Shown one piece after another: positions 26,282 to 36,851 of a DNA stretch of 64,000 nt (the stretch's first letter is position 1; each line of letters starts with the position of its first letter). The translations under genes and the position numbers were made by a program. Below the pieces are notes generated by a model. The model was not told the origin of the DNA. It worked only from the letters and a program-made list of their open reading frames with translations, and did not search any database. This stretch comes from an uncultured Candidatus Saccharibacteria bacterium (GTDB lineage Bacteria; Patescibacteriota; Saccharimonadia; Saccharimonadales; CAYUUR01), in the NCBI GenBank assembly GCA_964448075.1, contig CAYUUR010000004.1:4419-68418 (forward strand), written 5' to 3'.

Positions 26282-26839
26282 ATGCATAAACACATACGTA
26301 TAATACGACAACGCGGTTTTACGCTTATCGAGATACTTATTGTTATGGCAATAATGGGCACGCTGGCAGTTGGCTACACCTACCTTTCAAGCCGAAACGG
26401 ACGCGACCGTGCATATCTGGTCCGTGCTGAATCTGAGGTTGTTACATTGGCGAATGCGGTTAAACTAAAGGTACAAGAAACAAATGAATACCCAGCAGAT
26501 GTTAATCGTGGTCTCCCACCGGGAATAGAAGAATACATTTCCACGCCAAATGAGGTCTGGCCAGATGCGCCCTGGCCAGACACGGTCTATGACTATGAAA
26601 ACTGGGACGGAGGCGACACAATTCAGATAAGCGTTCGTTTTTGTAGCCCTGGCGACAATGCGACCTGCAAGGCTAACGCACAAAAGTATCTAAAGAACGT
26701 GGTAGATGATAATGTGCTGGCTAACTGGGATGCTAACAGTTCGGTATATTTCTGTATCAAAGAAGGTAGTTGTCGCTCTCATTCGACCCGACCTGCCTCT
26801 CATCCGGGTTATCGCATACAGATTAGCAGCGCACGCTAA
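26282..26839 (+). CDS. type IV pilin-like protein
   Basis: 185 aa from ATG 26282 (the listed ORF start 26219 lies inside the upstream gene). RQRG/FTLIEILIVMAIMG prepilin motif. Confidence 0.8.
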   Translation: MHKHIRIIRQRGFTLIEILIVMAIMGTLAVGYTYLSSRNGRDRAYLVRAESEVVTLANAVKLKVQETNEYPADVNRGLPPGIEEYISTPNEVWPDAPWPDTVYDYENWDGGDTIQISVRFCSPGDNATCKANAQKYLKNVVDDNVLANWDANSSVYFCIKEGSCRSHSTRPASHPGYRIQISSAR

Positions 26840-26869
26840 CATTATCAGACTGATGGTATACTAAGGCGG

Positions 26870-27454
26870 ATGATTGTTACATTAGAGGGAATTGTATCCG
26901 AAAAACTTACAGACGTGGTGGTATTGAATGTCAATGGCGTCGGCTATGGACTGCTTGTTCCGCATGAGACACAAGCATCACTTCGTCAGTCAGAAACGGC
27001 CAAGCTATTTATTTACGAACATATACGTGAAACTGCGCATGACCTCTTTGGTTTTCAATCCTTTCAAGACAAGCAATTTTTTGAGCTTCTACTGAGCGTT
27101 ACAGGCGTCGGGCCAAAGATGGCGTTGAGTATTATGAATATTGGTAGTGTCGCAAGTGTACGTGCAGCCATAGCTGCCGGAGAGGTCAAGATCATTCAGC
27201 AGGCGAGTGGCGTTGGCAAACGGGTTGCCGAACGAATCGTTGTTGACTTGAAAGATAAGGTCGGTCTGGAGGGTGTTGATCTTGCGGCTACGGGTCTGCT
27301 ATACGGTGACGCAATCGCAAATCAAGATGACGCTGCGCAAGGTTTGATAGCTCTGGGCTATTCGCCACAAGACGCAATAGCCGCGCTGAATGATATTGAC
27401 ACCTCTCTACCAACAGAAGAGCGCATACGTATGGCACTGAAAGAACGGCGATAA
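26870..27454 (+). CDS. ruvA: Holliday junction DNA helicase subunit RuvA
   Basis: 194 aa with MIVTLEG.. OB domain, helix-hairpin-helix GVGPKMAL / [10 protein letters not shown], and C-terminal domain III. Confidence 0.95.
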   Translation: MIVTLEGIVSEKLTDVVVLNVNGVGYGLLVPHETQASLRQSETAKLFIYEHIRETAHDLFGFQSFQDKQFFELLLSVTGVGPKMALSIMNIGSVASVRAAIAAGEVKIIQQASGVGKRVAERIVVDLKDKVGLEGVDLAATGLLYGDAIANQDDAAQGLIALGYSPQDAIAALNDIDTSLPTEERIRMALKERR

Positions 27455-27455
27455 T

Positions 27456-28481
27456 ATGGCTATCGAAAGAATACTGGCTACACAATCAACAGAAGACCCG
27501 GTTGAAGTAGAGCTAGAAATTACCTTGCGTCCCAAGGATTTTGCTAACTATATTGGGCAAGAACGCCTTAAGCAGAACCTACAGCTTGCAATTACTGCTG
27601 CCCAGCAGCGTGGCGAGCCACTTGACCATATACTTTTGTATGGACCACCGGGGCTTGGCAAGACAACACTTGCAAATGTTATTGCGCACGAAATGTCAGC
27701 TAATATTCGCATCACGTCGGGTCCGGCAATTGAGCGGGCAGGCGATCTTGCAAGTCTACTCACTAACCTACAAGACGGTGACATATTATTTATTGATGAA
27801 ATTCATCGCCTGCATCGTTCAGTCGAGGAAGTTTTATATAGTGCGATGGAAGACTACAAGCTGGACATTATGCTCGGCAAGGGCCCGAGCGCGCGAAGTC
27901 TGCGGCTTGATCTACCGCGCTTCACTATTATTGGTGCTACTACGCGAACTGGCGCACTTGCTGCACCACTACGAGATAGATTCGGCATGCTGCATCGACT
28001 AGACTTTTATGCACCAGATGAGATTCGTCAGATCATCGAACGAGCAGCATCGATCCTGAAGATCAAGATTGATACGCAGGCGGCTGAAGCGTTGGCGGAG
28101 CGGTCGCGCCTGACGCCACGTATCGCCAATCGTTTGCTTAAGCGTGTGAGAGACTACGCTGATGTGAACGGTGACGGAATTATCGATACTCATATTCAAA
28201 AGCAAGCTATGGAACTCTTGCAGATTGATGAGCTAGGCCTTGATCCGGGTGATCGTATGCTGCTCGAAGCGATCATTACACACTACAACGGTGGCCCCGT
28301 GGGCGTAGAGACTATTGCTGCAATCACAGCAGAAGAGCGTAGTACCATCGAAGATTTCTATGAGCCATACCTAATGCAGATGGGGCTATTAGAACGAACT
28401 CCGCGTGGCCGTAAGACAACGCCTCGTGCGAATAAACATATTGCCGCAAAAAAGCATAAAGACGACAATAAATTGCTATAA
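27456..28481 (+). CDS. ruvB: Holliday junction DNA helicase RuvB
   Basis: 341 aa with [12 protein letters not shown], Walker [10 protein letters not shown], Walker [11 protein letters not shown], and sensor [16 protein letters not shown]. Confidence 0.97.
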   Translation: MAIERILATQSTEDPVEVELEITLRPKDFANYIGQERLKQNLQLAITAAQQRGEPLDHILLYGPPGLGKTTLANVIAHEMSANIRITSGPAIERAGDLASLLTNLQDGDILFIDEIHRLHRSVEEVLYSAMEDYKLDIMLGKGPSARSLRLDLPRFTIIGATTRTGALAAPLRDRFGMLHRLDFYAPDEIRQIIERAASILKIKIDTQAAEALAERSRLTPRIANRLLKRVRDYADVNGDGIIDTHIQKQAMELLQIDELGLDPGDRMLLEAIITHYNGGPVGVETIAAITAEERSTIEDFYEPYLMQMGLLERTPRGRKTTPRANKHIAAKKHKDDNKLL

Positions 28482-28490
28482 TACCAGTAC

Positions 28491-29072
28491 ATGCAACCAA
28501 ATCAATTATCCGGGAATGGGAAAAAACTGTTTGAGCTTATTGAGTTTGATGACCAAGAGCAGCTGTTGTACGAGGTAAGAAAGCATCCATTCGGTCTATT
28601 TGTTATTTACTTAACGGGTGTATTAATCGGAGTCTTGTTGTTTTCAATTTTTGCTGTGGCAGGTTTTGCTTTCGAGGGCGACCCTTTGAACTTAGGTATA
28701 GAACTATCAAACTATAAAGGTATATTTTTGCTGATTGGCCTTTTACTAGCCGTTCTAACGGCAGTTGTAGCTGGAATTGCGGGCTATTTGTACAAGAGTA
28801 ACGTAATTTTAGTAACCAACGACAAAATCGCCCAAGTGCTTTACAGGACACTGTTTGATAGAAAAATCTCACAGCTAAGCATTGGTGACGTACAAGATGT
28901 GACGGTAACGCAAAAGGGCGTGATCGCTCGCTCCTTTAACTTTGGTACCATTGTCGTTGAGACAGCAGGCGAGCAGCAAAACTACACTTTCACCTATGTG
29001 CCAGATCCTTATCAAGCAAGTAAGACCATCATCATGGCGCATGAGATTAATCTCAAACAATACGGCAACTAA
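28491..29072 (+). CDS. membrane protein with bacterial PH domain (YdbS/YdbT-like)
   Basis: 193 aa. Two TM helices after KHPFGLFVIY, then a bPH_2-like domain. Its stop codon abuts the stop of the convergent gene (29070-29075). Confidence 0.65.
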   Translation: MQPNQLSGNGKKLFELIEFDDQEQLLYEVRKHPFGLFVIYLTGVLIGVLLFSIFAVAGFAFEGDPLNLGIELSNYKGIFLLIGLLLAVLTAVVAGIAGYLYKSNVILVTNDKIAQVLYRTLFDRKISQLSIGDVQDVTVTQKGVIARSFNFGTIVVETAGEQQNYTFTYVPDPYQASKTIIMAHEINLKQYGN

Positions 29073-29363
29073 CTATTCGCTGAATGGATTATTGCGCGCG
29101 CGTTCAAATAGTGCACGGACTTCAACGTTCTGATCCTCTAGGTCTTTGATCTTTTGTATTGATTCTTCATCAATTGTCAGACGTTTAATGGCCTGTTCAC
29201 TGACTTGCGAGCTTGGCTCACGTTGTGTGTATGCGCCAATACGGGTGATTAAAAACCCATAGCAGCCGACAAGGCCAGCAATAAATAGAATCACGCGGTA
29301 ACGATAGAGAGCTTGTGAAAGCTTGTGTAGAGAATTGTGAATTCCTTGTGTGTTCATCTTCAT
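29073..29363 (-). CDS. hypothetical bitopic protein, last gene of the pilus machinery operon
   Basis: 96 aa, one TM helix (VILFIAGLVGCYGFLI). Its ATG overlaps the upstream stop by 4 bp. Confidence 0.5.
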   Translation of the reverse strand: MKMNTQGIHNSLHKLSQALYRYRVILFIAGLVGCYGFLITRIGAYTQREPSSQVSEQAIKRLTIDEESIQKIKDLEDQNVEVRALFERARNNPFSE

Positions 29364-29962
29364 TTCTTTATGTACACTCCCAGAATTACGTTAAACGTAA
29401 CCAATGAACGATTATCACTTGATGGTGCGACCGTTAGGCTACTAACTTGCGCGGTGCGACGGTTCTGCTCAAGTTCTCTGAGGAATGACAGCATGGTAGA
29501 GAAGGGAACGTAGGAGGTGCCATCAGTTTGCACGTTAATCTCGAGCTGGTAGACACCAGTAATGCCCTCGACAGGTTCGAGCTGTGTTATAGTACTGTCC
29601 GTTGCCTTTTTCTTTTTGTCGGTAGTTCCCAGCGTCGATGAAGGGAATGAGATGTTGGCAATCTTGATGCCCGTTCGGTTAGCAATGGCAATGATTTCGC
29701 GTACCGTTCTTGCTTGATCTTTTTCTTGAGGCACTACAGTACGGGCTATATTTTCGATCTCAGTATATTGCGCAATATCTTTTTTTGCCTGAACAAGCAC
29801 ACGTTGCTGTTCAGCAAGTTCAACGCTTGAGGATTTCAAATCGTACAGTGCCGTCGCACGTTCTTGGAGTAATTTGTCGCCCATGTAAACCGTGCCCACT
29901 ATGCCTGCACATAGCAGTAGGATTGATCCGCAGAGGAGTATAAACAGCTTTTTACTACTCAT
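29360..29962 (-). CDS. PilO-like type IV pilus assembly protein
   Basis: 200 aa from ATG 29962 (ATGA overlap with the pilN stop). N-terminal TM, coiled coil, then a ferredoxin-like C-domain in the position expected for PilO. Confidence 0.6.
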   Translation of the reverse strand: MSSKKLFILLCGSILLLCAGIVGTVYMGDKLLQERATALYDLKSSSVELAEQQRVLVQAKKDIAQYTEIENIARTVVPQEKDQARTVREIIAIANRTGIKIANISFPSSTLGTTDKKKKATDSTITQLEPVEGITGVYQLEINVQTDGTSYVPFSTMLSFLRELEQNRRTAQVSSLTVAPSSDNRSLVTFNVILGVYIKK

Positions 29963-30567
29963 TGTTTCTTCTCCGAATGAGTAAATACGAAAGGACTGTC
30001 CTTGGCAAAGAGTGCTCGAATGGTAATCTGGCAAGGGTAGTCGTCATTCTCAGAATCTTGATTTTCTTCGCTGGCACAGCTGATGTTTTGAATATCAGCT
30101 TTTTCAAATACTTTGTTGGCAGGGTCAGTCAAGTTAACTTGCACCTGTGTTGCGGTTTGATAATCTGCCGCTGCGAAGATGAGGTCTATGCCGCCACCGA
30201 GATCGTTAGTTATATTTAGATTCTGCAGTGCAGTACCAGGAGGAATTACACTGCCGATTGCTTTAAGTACTTCTGAAAAAAGTACCTCACGGGACAGTAC
30301 TTGATTGGCGAGCTTGACGCTGTTCGATATCTCATTGACCCGGTTCTGGGTATCTTCAAGATTTTGTTTAGCAAGCTGTTCTTTGGTTTCGGAAACCTGT
30401 CGACTATAGGCATCCACCTGGTAGTTAATATAGAGGGTGCCCGCAGCAACAATGGCAATCGTACCTGCTAGCCCTATGAGTAGGGCTACAATCCAACGCA
30501 GCAACGTTCGATTATGTCGTGCATAGGTAACGCTACTGTTAATGTCGGTTGGCAATAGGTTAATCAT
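29959..30567 (-). CDS. pilN: PilN-like type IV pilus assembly protein
   Basis: 202 aa with the typical MINLLP start, one TM helix and a coiled coil. ATGA overlap with the pilM stop. Confidence 0.7.
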   Translation of the reverse strand: MINLLPTDINSSVTYARHNRTLLRWIVALLIGLAGTIAIVAAGTLYINYQVDAYSRQVSETKEQLAKQNLEDTQNRVNEISNSVKLANQVLSREVLFSEVLKAIGSVIPPGTALQNLNITNDLGGGIDLIFAAADYQTATQVQVNLTDPANKVFEKADIQNISCASEENQDSENDDYPCQITIRALFAKDSPFVFTHSEKKQ

Positions 30568-31631
30568 GCAAAGATCTCCCCTGGCTCGATGAGGGCAAGG
30601 CCGGCGACAGTAAGGTACATTGAACGGTCGGCTTCGCTCGGTGGTTGTAGTTTGCCAAAATCAAGATACTCCCACGGGTGACAGGTGCGTACCGGCATGC
30701 GTAGTTTGTTGGTCATGTACTCTGAGACTCCTGGCATGTTTGCTCCACCACCCAGGGTAATGATTTGGCTAATCTTAGCGTTTGGCGCCGCATGCTCTTC
30801 ATAATAACGAATCATTCGCCTAACTTCCTTCATGAGTGAATCGAGCACTGGTCCTGCGGCTTCCAGTATTTGCTTTTGTTTTTTACTGACACCCAATCCG
30901 TATTTAACCTTGATGACGTGTGCTTCCTGGTGACTGACGCCTAGGGTCTGAGCAATGTTTTCTGTGAAGTTATCGCCTCCACCAGCAGCAGTACCTGTAA
31001 CGATTATATTGCGGTCATATATAGTAATGTCCGATGCTAATGAACCAAGATCTATTAAGATTGTCGGCGGGATAGTGCTCCCTTCACTCGAGCGAGCAAA
31101 TAGTCGTGCACCGGCATTAATTGTCGGTTCAATAGCGGCTACTTCTAGTCCTGCCAAGCGCGCAAAAAGAATATAGGAATCAACGAGTTTTTTTGGCGCC
31201 GCAACAAGAAGTAGCTGAGTTTCTGAGTCAGTCTGTTTAGTAATCTCGTAGTCGATGTACAGATCTTCAATTGCATGAGGTATATATTGCTCGGCTTCGG
31301 TCTGCACTGCATCTTTAATGTCTTTGGGGGATAGGTTTGGCAATTGTGCTGCGTGGCTATATGTGCGTGATGCTGGTATCGCCAGCGCGACACGACGAGT
31401 AGTGATCTTGCCTACCAGGTCAGATTTAATAAGTTGCTGCAGTGCCTCGGCTATAAGTTCGGGCTTAACCAGAATGCCATTATCGATAGCGGAGGGGTCG
31501 AACTTTGCCACACCAAAGCCAATAACCTTTGTTTTTTTGCTGCTCTTGGTAACCTGCATGATTTTGATGCTTTTGTAGCCAATATCAAGCGCAAAGATTG
31601 GTTTATCCTTGTATAGTAATGATTCATCCAT
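30564..31631 (-). CDS. pilM: type IV pilus assembly ATPase-fold protein PilM
   Basis: 355 aa, actin/FtsA-like fold (FALDIGYKSIKIMQV, LIDLGSLASDITIY, ITLGGGANMPG). Confidence 0.9.
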   Translation of the reverse strand: MDESLLYKDKPIFALDIGYKSIKIMQVTKSSKKTKVIGFGVAKFDPSAIDNGILVKPELIAEALQQLIKSDLVGKITTRRVALAIPASRTYSHAAQLPNLSPKDIKDAVQTEAEQYIPHAIEDLYIDYEITKQTDSETQLLLVAAPKKLVDSYILFARLAGLEVAAIEPTINAGARLFARSSEGSTIPPTILIDLGSLASDITIYDRNIIVTGTAAGGGDNFTENIAQTLGVSHQEAHVIKVKYGLGVSKKQKQILEAAGPVLDSLMKEVRRMIRYYEEHAAPNAKISQIITLGGGANMPGVSEYMTNKLRMPVRTCHPWEYLDFGKLQPPSEADRSMYLTVAGLALIEPGEIFA

Positions 31632-31710
31632 TGTTTATAACCATAAGCGACATTTCAATAATTATATCAGATAAATCTCTGTACGCATAAGTGTTGTACC
31701 GGGTTCTTGC

Positions 31711-31742
31711 AAAAGAAAATCGCCCGATATCCGGGCGATTTT
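31711..31742 (-). terminator. rho-independent terminator after pilA
   Basis: Minus-strand RNA: AAAATCGCCCGG-ATAT-CGGGCGATTTTCTTTTG. A GC-rich 7-bp core stem extended by A-U pairs and followed by a U tract, 21 nt after the pilA stop. Confidence 0.75.
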
Positions 31743-31762
31743 CAGGAGCGGAGCAACGAGTA

Positions 31763-32239
31763 CTAGTTGTTGTTAAGACCAAGCTTGACGTAAGGGTTTG
31801 TTGTGTTGTCCCCAGGTCGCTCGATAAAGGTCTTTAGTACGTAGCCAGTACAGTCATCAGTACAGCCAGTTGGATATGGTATGTAGAGATATTCTGCATC
31901 CGTATCTGGGTTGGCAACTGCTTGTGCTGCTGTTTGGTCGGCTACTGCTGCATTCGCAACAATCGCTGTACCATCAGGGTCATTGAGGCTTTCCGCGTCA
32001 ATACCTGGTAGGTCGGCTGCTACTACTGTTGATGGGTATGCACCGTTCTCGTTGTAGTACTCTTCTAGTTTGCTATGTACGTTGTTAGTGTCAGTAACAC
32101 GTTGTGTGTCACGAGCCTTTGCTTGCGCACCTTGGAAGTTGTTGAGTACGAGACCTGCCAAGATGGCGATGATTGCGATAACGATCAAAAGTTCGATAAT
32201 CGTGAAACCGCGTTGTGCATTCTTTAGTGTTTTGAACAT
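31763..32239 (-). CDS. pilA: major type IV pilin
   Basis: 158 aa from ATG 32239 (AGGAGG 12 nt upstream). Leader MFKTLKNAQRG/FTIIELLIVIAIIAILAG with Glu+5. C-terminal Cys pair (CTDDC). Confidence 0.9.
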   Translation of the reverse strand: MFKTLKNAQRGFTIIELLIVIAIIAILAGLVLNNFQGAQAKARDTQRVTDTNNVHSKLEEYYNENGAYPSTVVAADLPGIDAESLNDPDGTAIVANAAVADQTAAQAVANPDTDAEYLYIPYPTGCTDDCTGYVLKTFIERPGDNTTNPYVKLGLNNN

Positions 32240-32378
32240 GGGTTTGCCCACCCTCCTTGTTTAATTGTAAAAAGCCCTTTTATTTTTGATTTGGCTTATG
32301 CTTATACAGTACCACAAGCAAACAGAGATGCAAGCCTTTTTGATGATAATTTCAACGTATATTTACAGAGTGCACTGA

Positions 32379-33593
32379 TTAAATCTGACTCGAGAGATTA
32401 CTAATTGGGCCAATAACGCTGGCTGCGATCAGGCCTACCATCACGCCCATCACAACGATCATGATTGGCTCAAGTATTGAACTAAGACTATCGACAGTGG
32501 CATCAACCTCTTCTTCATAAAAATCTGCTACTTTTACCAATATCTCGTCGGTTTGCCCTGTCTCTTCGCCGATAGACATCATCTGACTGACGATGGGCGG
32601 GAACACCTTACTGTTGCCGAGTGGCACAGACAGTGGTTGTCCATTTGCGACTTCCTTGGATGCAGCAAGTAGCTCTTCTTCGATAACAGCGTTGCCAATA
32701 GCCTTTGCGGTAACATTGATTGATTCTAGAACGGTCACACCGGCACCGATGAGGCTCGCGAAAGTTCTTGCAAAGCGCGCGATGGCCACCTTACGAATAA
32801 TCATACTTAATATCGGTAGCTTCAACAGCATGATGTCTTTGTTGCGTCTTCCTTTTGGTGTCTTTATATATCTTCTTAACAGGTAGGACCCAACAAAACC
32901 GAGGATGAGCAGGATATACCAGCGATTGACCATAAAATCACTGATACTGAGCATAATTTTGGTCATGGTTGGCAACTCAGCATCTTCTCCAGCCAGATCT
33001 TTGATGATTGTGCCAATACGCGGCATTACAAACACCATCAGCAACATGAACACGCTCAGCGTAATTGTCAGAAGGATAATCGGGTAGGTCATAGCGCTCT
33101 TAAACTTACCTCTGATCTTGGCATCTTTCTCTTGCTGGACGGCAAGCTTTTTGAGAATGTCGTCCAATATACCGCCTGCTTCACCGGCGCGAACCATGTT
33201 TATGTAGATTGGCGAGAAGACATTAGGAAACTTTTCTAATGCATCGGCAAAAGATGTGCCACCTTCTACGTCTTTAGTAATTGCACTGATGACCTTTTTA
33301 AAATGCTCGTTCTCAGTTTGAACCTGTAACGTAGCCAGTGACCGAACGAGGGGCACGCCTGCATTGATCATGGTAGCGAGCTGGCGCGTGAAGATAACCA
33401 TATCTCTTAGCTTGACCTTTTTGCCGCCAAATTTTAGCAAAGCAAAACCACCAGACTTTTTTTCTGAGACATGCAAAGGCTTTAGTTTGCGTTCTCTCAA
33501 TAAGTCTTGAGCAACTTTTTGCGTTGTCGCCTCAATACTACCGTTTACACGTTTATCTGATTCATCGAGGGCGGTGTAGTTGAATGTTGGCAT
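32379..33593 (-). CDS. pilC: type IV pilus platform protein PilC (GspF family)
   Basis: 404 aa with a duplicated T2SSF domain and three TM segments. Confidence 0.95.
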   Translation of the reverse strand: MPTFNYTALDESDKRVNGSIEATTQKVAQDLLRERKLKPLHVSEKKSGGFALLKFGGKKVKLRDMVIFTRQLATMINAGVPLVRSLATLQVQTENEHFKKVISAITKDVEGGTSFADALEKFPNVFSPIYINMVRAGEAGGILDDILKKLAVQQEKDAKIRGKFKSAMTYPIILLTITLSVFMLLMVFVMPRIGTIIKDLAGEDAELPTMTKIMLSISDFMVNRWYILLILGFVGSYLLRRYIKTPKGRRNKDIMLLKLPILSMIIRKVAIARFARTFASLIGAGVTVLESINVTAKAIGNAVIEEELLAASKEVANGQPLSVPLGNSKVFPPIVSQMMSIGEETGQTDEILVKVADFYEEEVDATVDSLSSILEPIMIVVMGVMVGLIAASVIGPISNLSSQI

Positions 33594-33596
33594 ATT

Positions 33597-35354
33597 TTAC
33601 TCTCTTGTTACGCGGAGGATTTCTTCCAGGCTGGTCAGTCCTAGCATTGCTTTAATAAGGCCATCGAGCTGCATTGTGGTCATACCGTCTTTCACGGCTT
33701 CGTTCTGGATCTCTTCGCTAGTGGCGTTGCTCATGATCATCTTTTGGATGTTTGGCGTAACGGTCAGCGCTTCGTAAATACCCATTCGGCCGCGGTAGCC
33801 GGTTTTGTCTTCGGCGAGGTCTTTCTTGGGGCGCCAGAAGGTAAGCTTGCTCGTTTTTTCTGCTTTGTATGCAACTTGCGCTTCGTTGAACAAGTCCATG
33901 ACACGCTTCCAGTCATCTTGAGACTTAATACCAAAGGCTCGCTCGATTTCTTTGACTTCTTTCTCGTCGGGTGCATAACTCTCAGCATCTTCAGGCACGA
34001 GGCGCCGAACCAGTCGTTGGCCAACCACTACGCGCACAACTGATGCAATGAGGAATGGCTCGATGTTCATGTCAAGTAGACGCGGCAGACAAGTGGCGGC
34101 ATTGTTGGTGTGTAATGTGGAGAATACCAAGTGGCCGGTAAGCGCTGCCTGAACGCCAAGCCCTGCCGTTTCGCTGTCACGAATCTCACCAACCATGATA
34201 ACGTTTGGATCTTGACGCAGTAGTGCACGCAGACCATTTACAAATGTCATGCCCGCAACCGGATTAACTTGTGTCTGGTTGACGCCTTGCAGTCGGTATT
34301 CAACCGGATCCTCCACGGTAGATATGTTCACGTCGGGCTTATTGAGGATGTTGAGCACGCTGTGCAGGGTGGTTGATTTACCAGAACCAGTCGGTCCTGT
34401 TACTAAAACCATGCCGTGTGGTTGTGTTATGGCGCCATTAATGTCACGCAAAGCTTGCCCCCAAAAGCCGAGCTGTTCAAGTGTTGCAGGATCGCTGGAT
34501 TCGTCCAGTACACGCATAACAACCTTTTCGCCATCGGTAATCGGTAAGGTAGATACACGGAAGGCAAAGGTTCGGCTATTCAGCGTAATTTTGAATCGAC
34601 CGTCTTGTGGTGCGCGCCGTTCGTCGATCTTCAGACCCGACAGAATTTTGATGCGTGATACCAGTGCTGCGAGCGTGCGTTTTGGTAGTTTGTTGGCCTC
34701 ACGCAAGACGCCGTCAATTCTGTAACGGACTTGAACATGTTTTTCACGCGGCTCAATGTGTATATCACTAGCACTCGATTTGATGGCGTATTCAATGATT
34801 AGGTTAACCGTTTGGGCTATTGGCGAATCTTCTGTCAGATCCTCTTTGCTGACTTCTTCTTCGGCAGCGTCTTCATCGCCGTCGCCTTCACTCGCTACCT
34901 TGCTAATCTCGCTGCCAATATTACCGCGATACTGGTCAAGTGCGGCGAGGATATTACTTCGTGTGGCAATATAGATGCGAATGCCGGTGCCGATTTGTTT
35001 TTGCAAAAAGTTAATTGCCTGAACATCGTCTGGGTCTTCCATGGCGACTTCTTTGATCTCATCGTCACCAATACCAGTAATGACCGCCATGTACTGTCGG
35101 GCGATACGCTCGGGAATAAGCATCATGAGTTCGTGGTCAAGGCTCTTGGGGTCAATCTCTACAAAAGGAACTTCAATTTCTTCTGCAAAAGCTTTGGTAA
35201 GCTCGGCTTCGCTTAGCAGGTTTGAACTTACGGCGATTTCCTGGAGCGGCTTCTTCTCGGTCTTGACACGCTCCATCAGGCCTTTGAGTTGTTCCCCATC
35301 CACCTTTTTGTTCTTTTTGAGTAGTTTTTCTACAAAAGCATCAGATATACGCAT
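33597..35354 (-). CDS. pilB: type IV pilus extension ATPase PilB (GspE family)
   Basis: 585 aa from ATG 35354. Walker A GPTGSGKST, Asp box, Walker B VIMVGEIRD, His box LTGHLVFSTLHTN. Confidence 0.95.
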   Translation of the reverse strand: MRISDAFVEKLLKKNKKVDGEQLKGLMERVKTEKKPLQEIAVSSNLLSEAELTKAFAEEIEVPFVEIDPKSLDHELMMLIPERIARQYMAVITGIGDDEIKEVAMEDPDDVQAINFLQKQIGTGIRIYIATRSNILAALDQYRGNIGSEISKVASEGDGDEDAAEEEVSKEDLTEDSPIAQTVNLIIEYAIKSSASDIHIEPREKHVQVRYRIDGVLREANKLPKRTLAALVSRIKILSGLKIDERRAPQDGRFKITLNSRTFAFRVSTLPITDGEKVVMRVLDESSDPATLEQLGFWGQALRDINGAITQPHGMVLVTGPTGSGKSTTLHSVLNILNKPDVNISTVEDPVEYRLQGVNQTQVNPVAGMTFVNGLRALLRQDPNVIMVGEIRDSETAGLGVQAALTGHLVFSTLHTNNAATCLPRLLDMNIEPFLIASVVRVVVGQRLVRRLVPEDAESYAPDEKEVKEIERAFGIKSQDDWKRVMDLFNEAQVAYKAEKTSKLTFWRPKKDLAEDKTGYRGRMGIYEALTVTPNIQKMIMSNATSEEIQNEAVKDGMTTMQLDGLIKAMLGLTSLEEILRVTRE

Positions 35355-35493
35355 AGCTATTACAGACAGTATAAAGCATAACAATATTCAATAGGAAGTC
35401 CGATTATTGTATCGCCCCGTGCACCTGTTGCTAAGCAAAGTACAACATTCTATACTATATGTACGTAAGAAATTTCAGTGGAGGAGTGGTGCA

Positions 35494-36531
35494 ATGGCAG
35501 GCAAGACAGCAAAAAAAGAACCTAAAGAGACAAACGAAGACAAGTCAGTAGACGGCAAGGGTAAGGCACTCGGCCTGGCTCTTGATCAGATTGAAAAACA
35601 GTTTGGTAAGGGCTCAATCATGAAGATGGGCGAAGGCTATAAGATTGAGGTTGAATGCATTCCGACCGGCAGCATCTCGCTTGACCTGGCACTTGGCGGT
35701 GGTATTCCAAAAGGCCGAATCATCGAGATATATGGCCCTGAATCATCTGGTAAGACAACGCTGACACTGCATGCTATTGCTGAGATTCAGCGTCAAGGTG
35801 GCACAGCGGCGTTTATTGACGCAGAGCACGCGCTTGACCCAGCCTATGCCAAGCGCATCGGCGTTGACGTTGAGAATTTGCTCTTGAGCCAACCAGATAA
35901 CGGTGAGCAGGCACTTGAGATTACTGAGACTTTAGTTCGGTCATCGGCCGTCGACCTGGTGGTGGTGGACTCTGTTGCGGCATTGGTGCCACGCGCAGAA
36001 ATCGAAGGTGACATGGGTGATAGTCACATGGGCCTTCAAGCACGTCTGATGAGCCAGGCGCTACGTAAGCTAACTGGTGTTATCAATAAGAGCAAGACCA
36101 CTGTTATATTCATTAACCAGATTCGTATGAAGATTGGCGTTATGTTCGGCAACCCAGAGACAACTACTGGTGGTAATGCCCTCAAGTTCTATGCCTCAGT
36201 CCGTATGGATATTCGGCGTATTGGCCAGATCAAGATGGGCGAAAAGATCATCGGTAACCGAACACGCGTCAAGGTAGTCAAAAACAAGATTGCGCCACCG
36301 TTCCGCCAGGCAGAGTTCGACATAATGTACAACCAAGGTATTAGCAAGTCAGGCGATATCCTCGACCTCGCTGTAGAAAACGACATCGTAGAGAAAGCTG
36401 GCGCATGGTTTGCCTATGAAGACGCCAAGATTGGCCAGGGCCGCGAAGCCGCCAAGAAGTACCTAGAGGAAAATCCAAAAGTTCTCGACAAGATCGCCAA
36501 ACAAGTTAAAGAAGCCGCCAGCAAGGAGTAG
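35494..36531 (+). CDS. recA: recombinase RecA
   Basis: 345 aa from ATG 35494 (GGAGGAG at 35481-35487). [65 protein letters not shown]. Confidence 0.97.
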   Translation: MAGKTAKKEPKETNEDKSVDGKGKALGLALDQIEKQFGKGSIMKMGEGYKIEVECIPTGSISLDLALGGGIPKGRIIEIYGPESSGKTTLTLHAIAEIQRQGGTAAFIDAEHALDPAYAKRIGVDVENLLLSQPDNGEQALEITETLVRSSAVDLVVVDSVAALVPRAEIEGDMGDSHMGLQARLMSQALRKLTGVINKSKTTVIFINQIRMKIGVMFGNPETTTGGNALKFYASVRMDIRRIGQIKMGEKIIGNRTRVKVVKNKIAPPFRQAEFDIMYNQGISKSGDILDLAVENDIVEKAGAWFAYEDAKIGQGREAAKKYLEENPKVLDKIAKQVKEAASKE

Positions 36532-36535
36532 ACCG

Positions 36536-36850
36536 ATGGAACGAATAGAGCTGCAAGACATGACACCACGCGCAGAAGGTTGCACGGCTATTCTGCGAGA
36601 TGACGGCATGAGACAAGAAGTCCCAACCTGTATGGGTGGTGCTGCAATTGTCGGCTGTGTTGATTTTGACAATTGCGGCCAGGTTTCTGGCGAGCGTTGG
36701 GATGACCCAAAGCGCGGTCGGGTGATCCAACGTAGCGAAGATGGTACTGTGATATCTGAAGTTACTGTTCGTAGAGGCTCCTTAACCACGAGCGAGGTTA
36801 TGGCGTCAATGGCAGCCAAACAAGCCGCCGAAGCCGCGAAGGAGAATTAG
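36536..36850 (+). CDS. hypothetical Cys-containing protein between recA and recX
   Basis: 104 aa, with AAGGAG 7 nt upstream, starting 4 nt after the recA stop. Four Cys (C16, C32, C40, C46). No known motif. Confidence 0.5.
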   Translation: MERIELQDMTPRAEGCTAILRDDGMRQEVPTCMGGAAIVGCVDFDNCGQVSGERWDDPKRGRVIQRSEDGTVISEVTVRRGSLTTSEVMASMAAKQAAEAAKEN

Positions 36851-36851
36851 T

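Noticed and set aside
35385-35493. SOS/LexA operator upstream of recA
   Set aside because: I looked for CGAAC-N4-GTTCG and CTGT-N8-ACAG types and found neither. There is only a loose GTAC...GTAC symmetry, and no lexA in the window.
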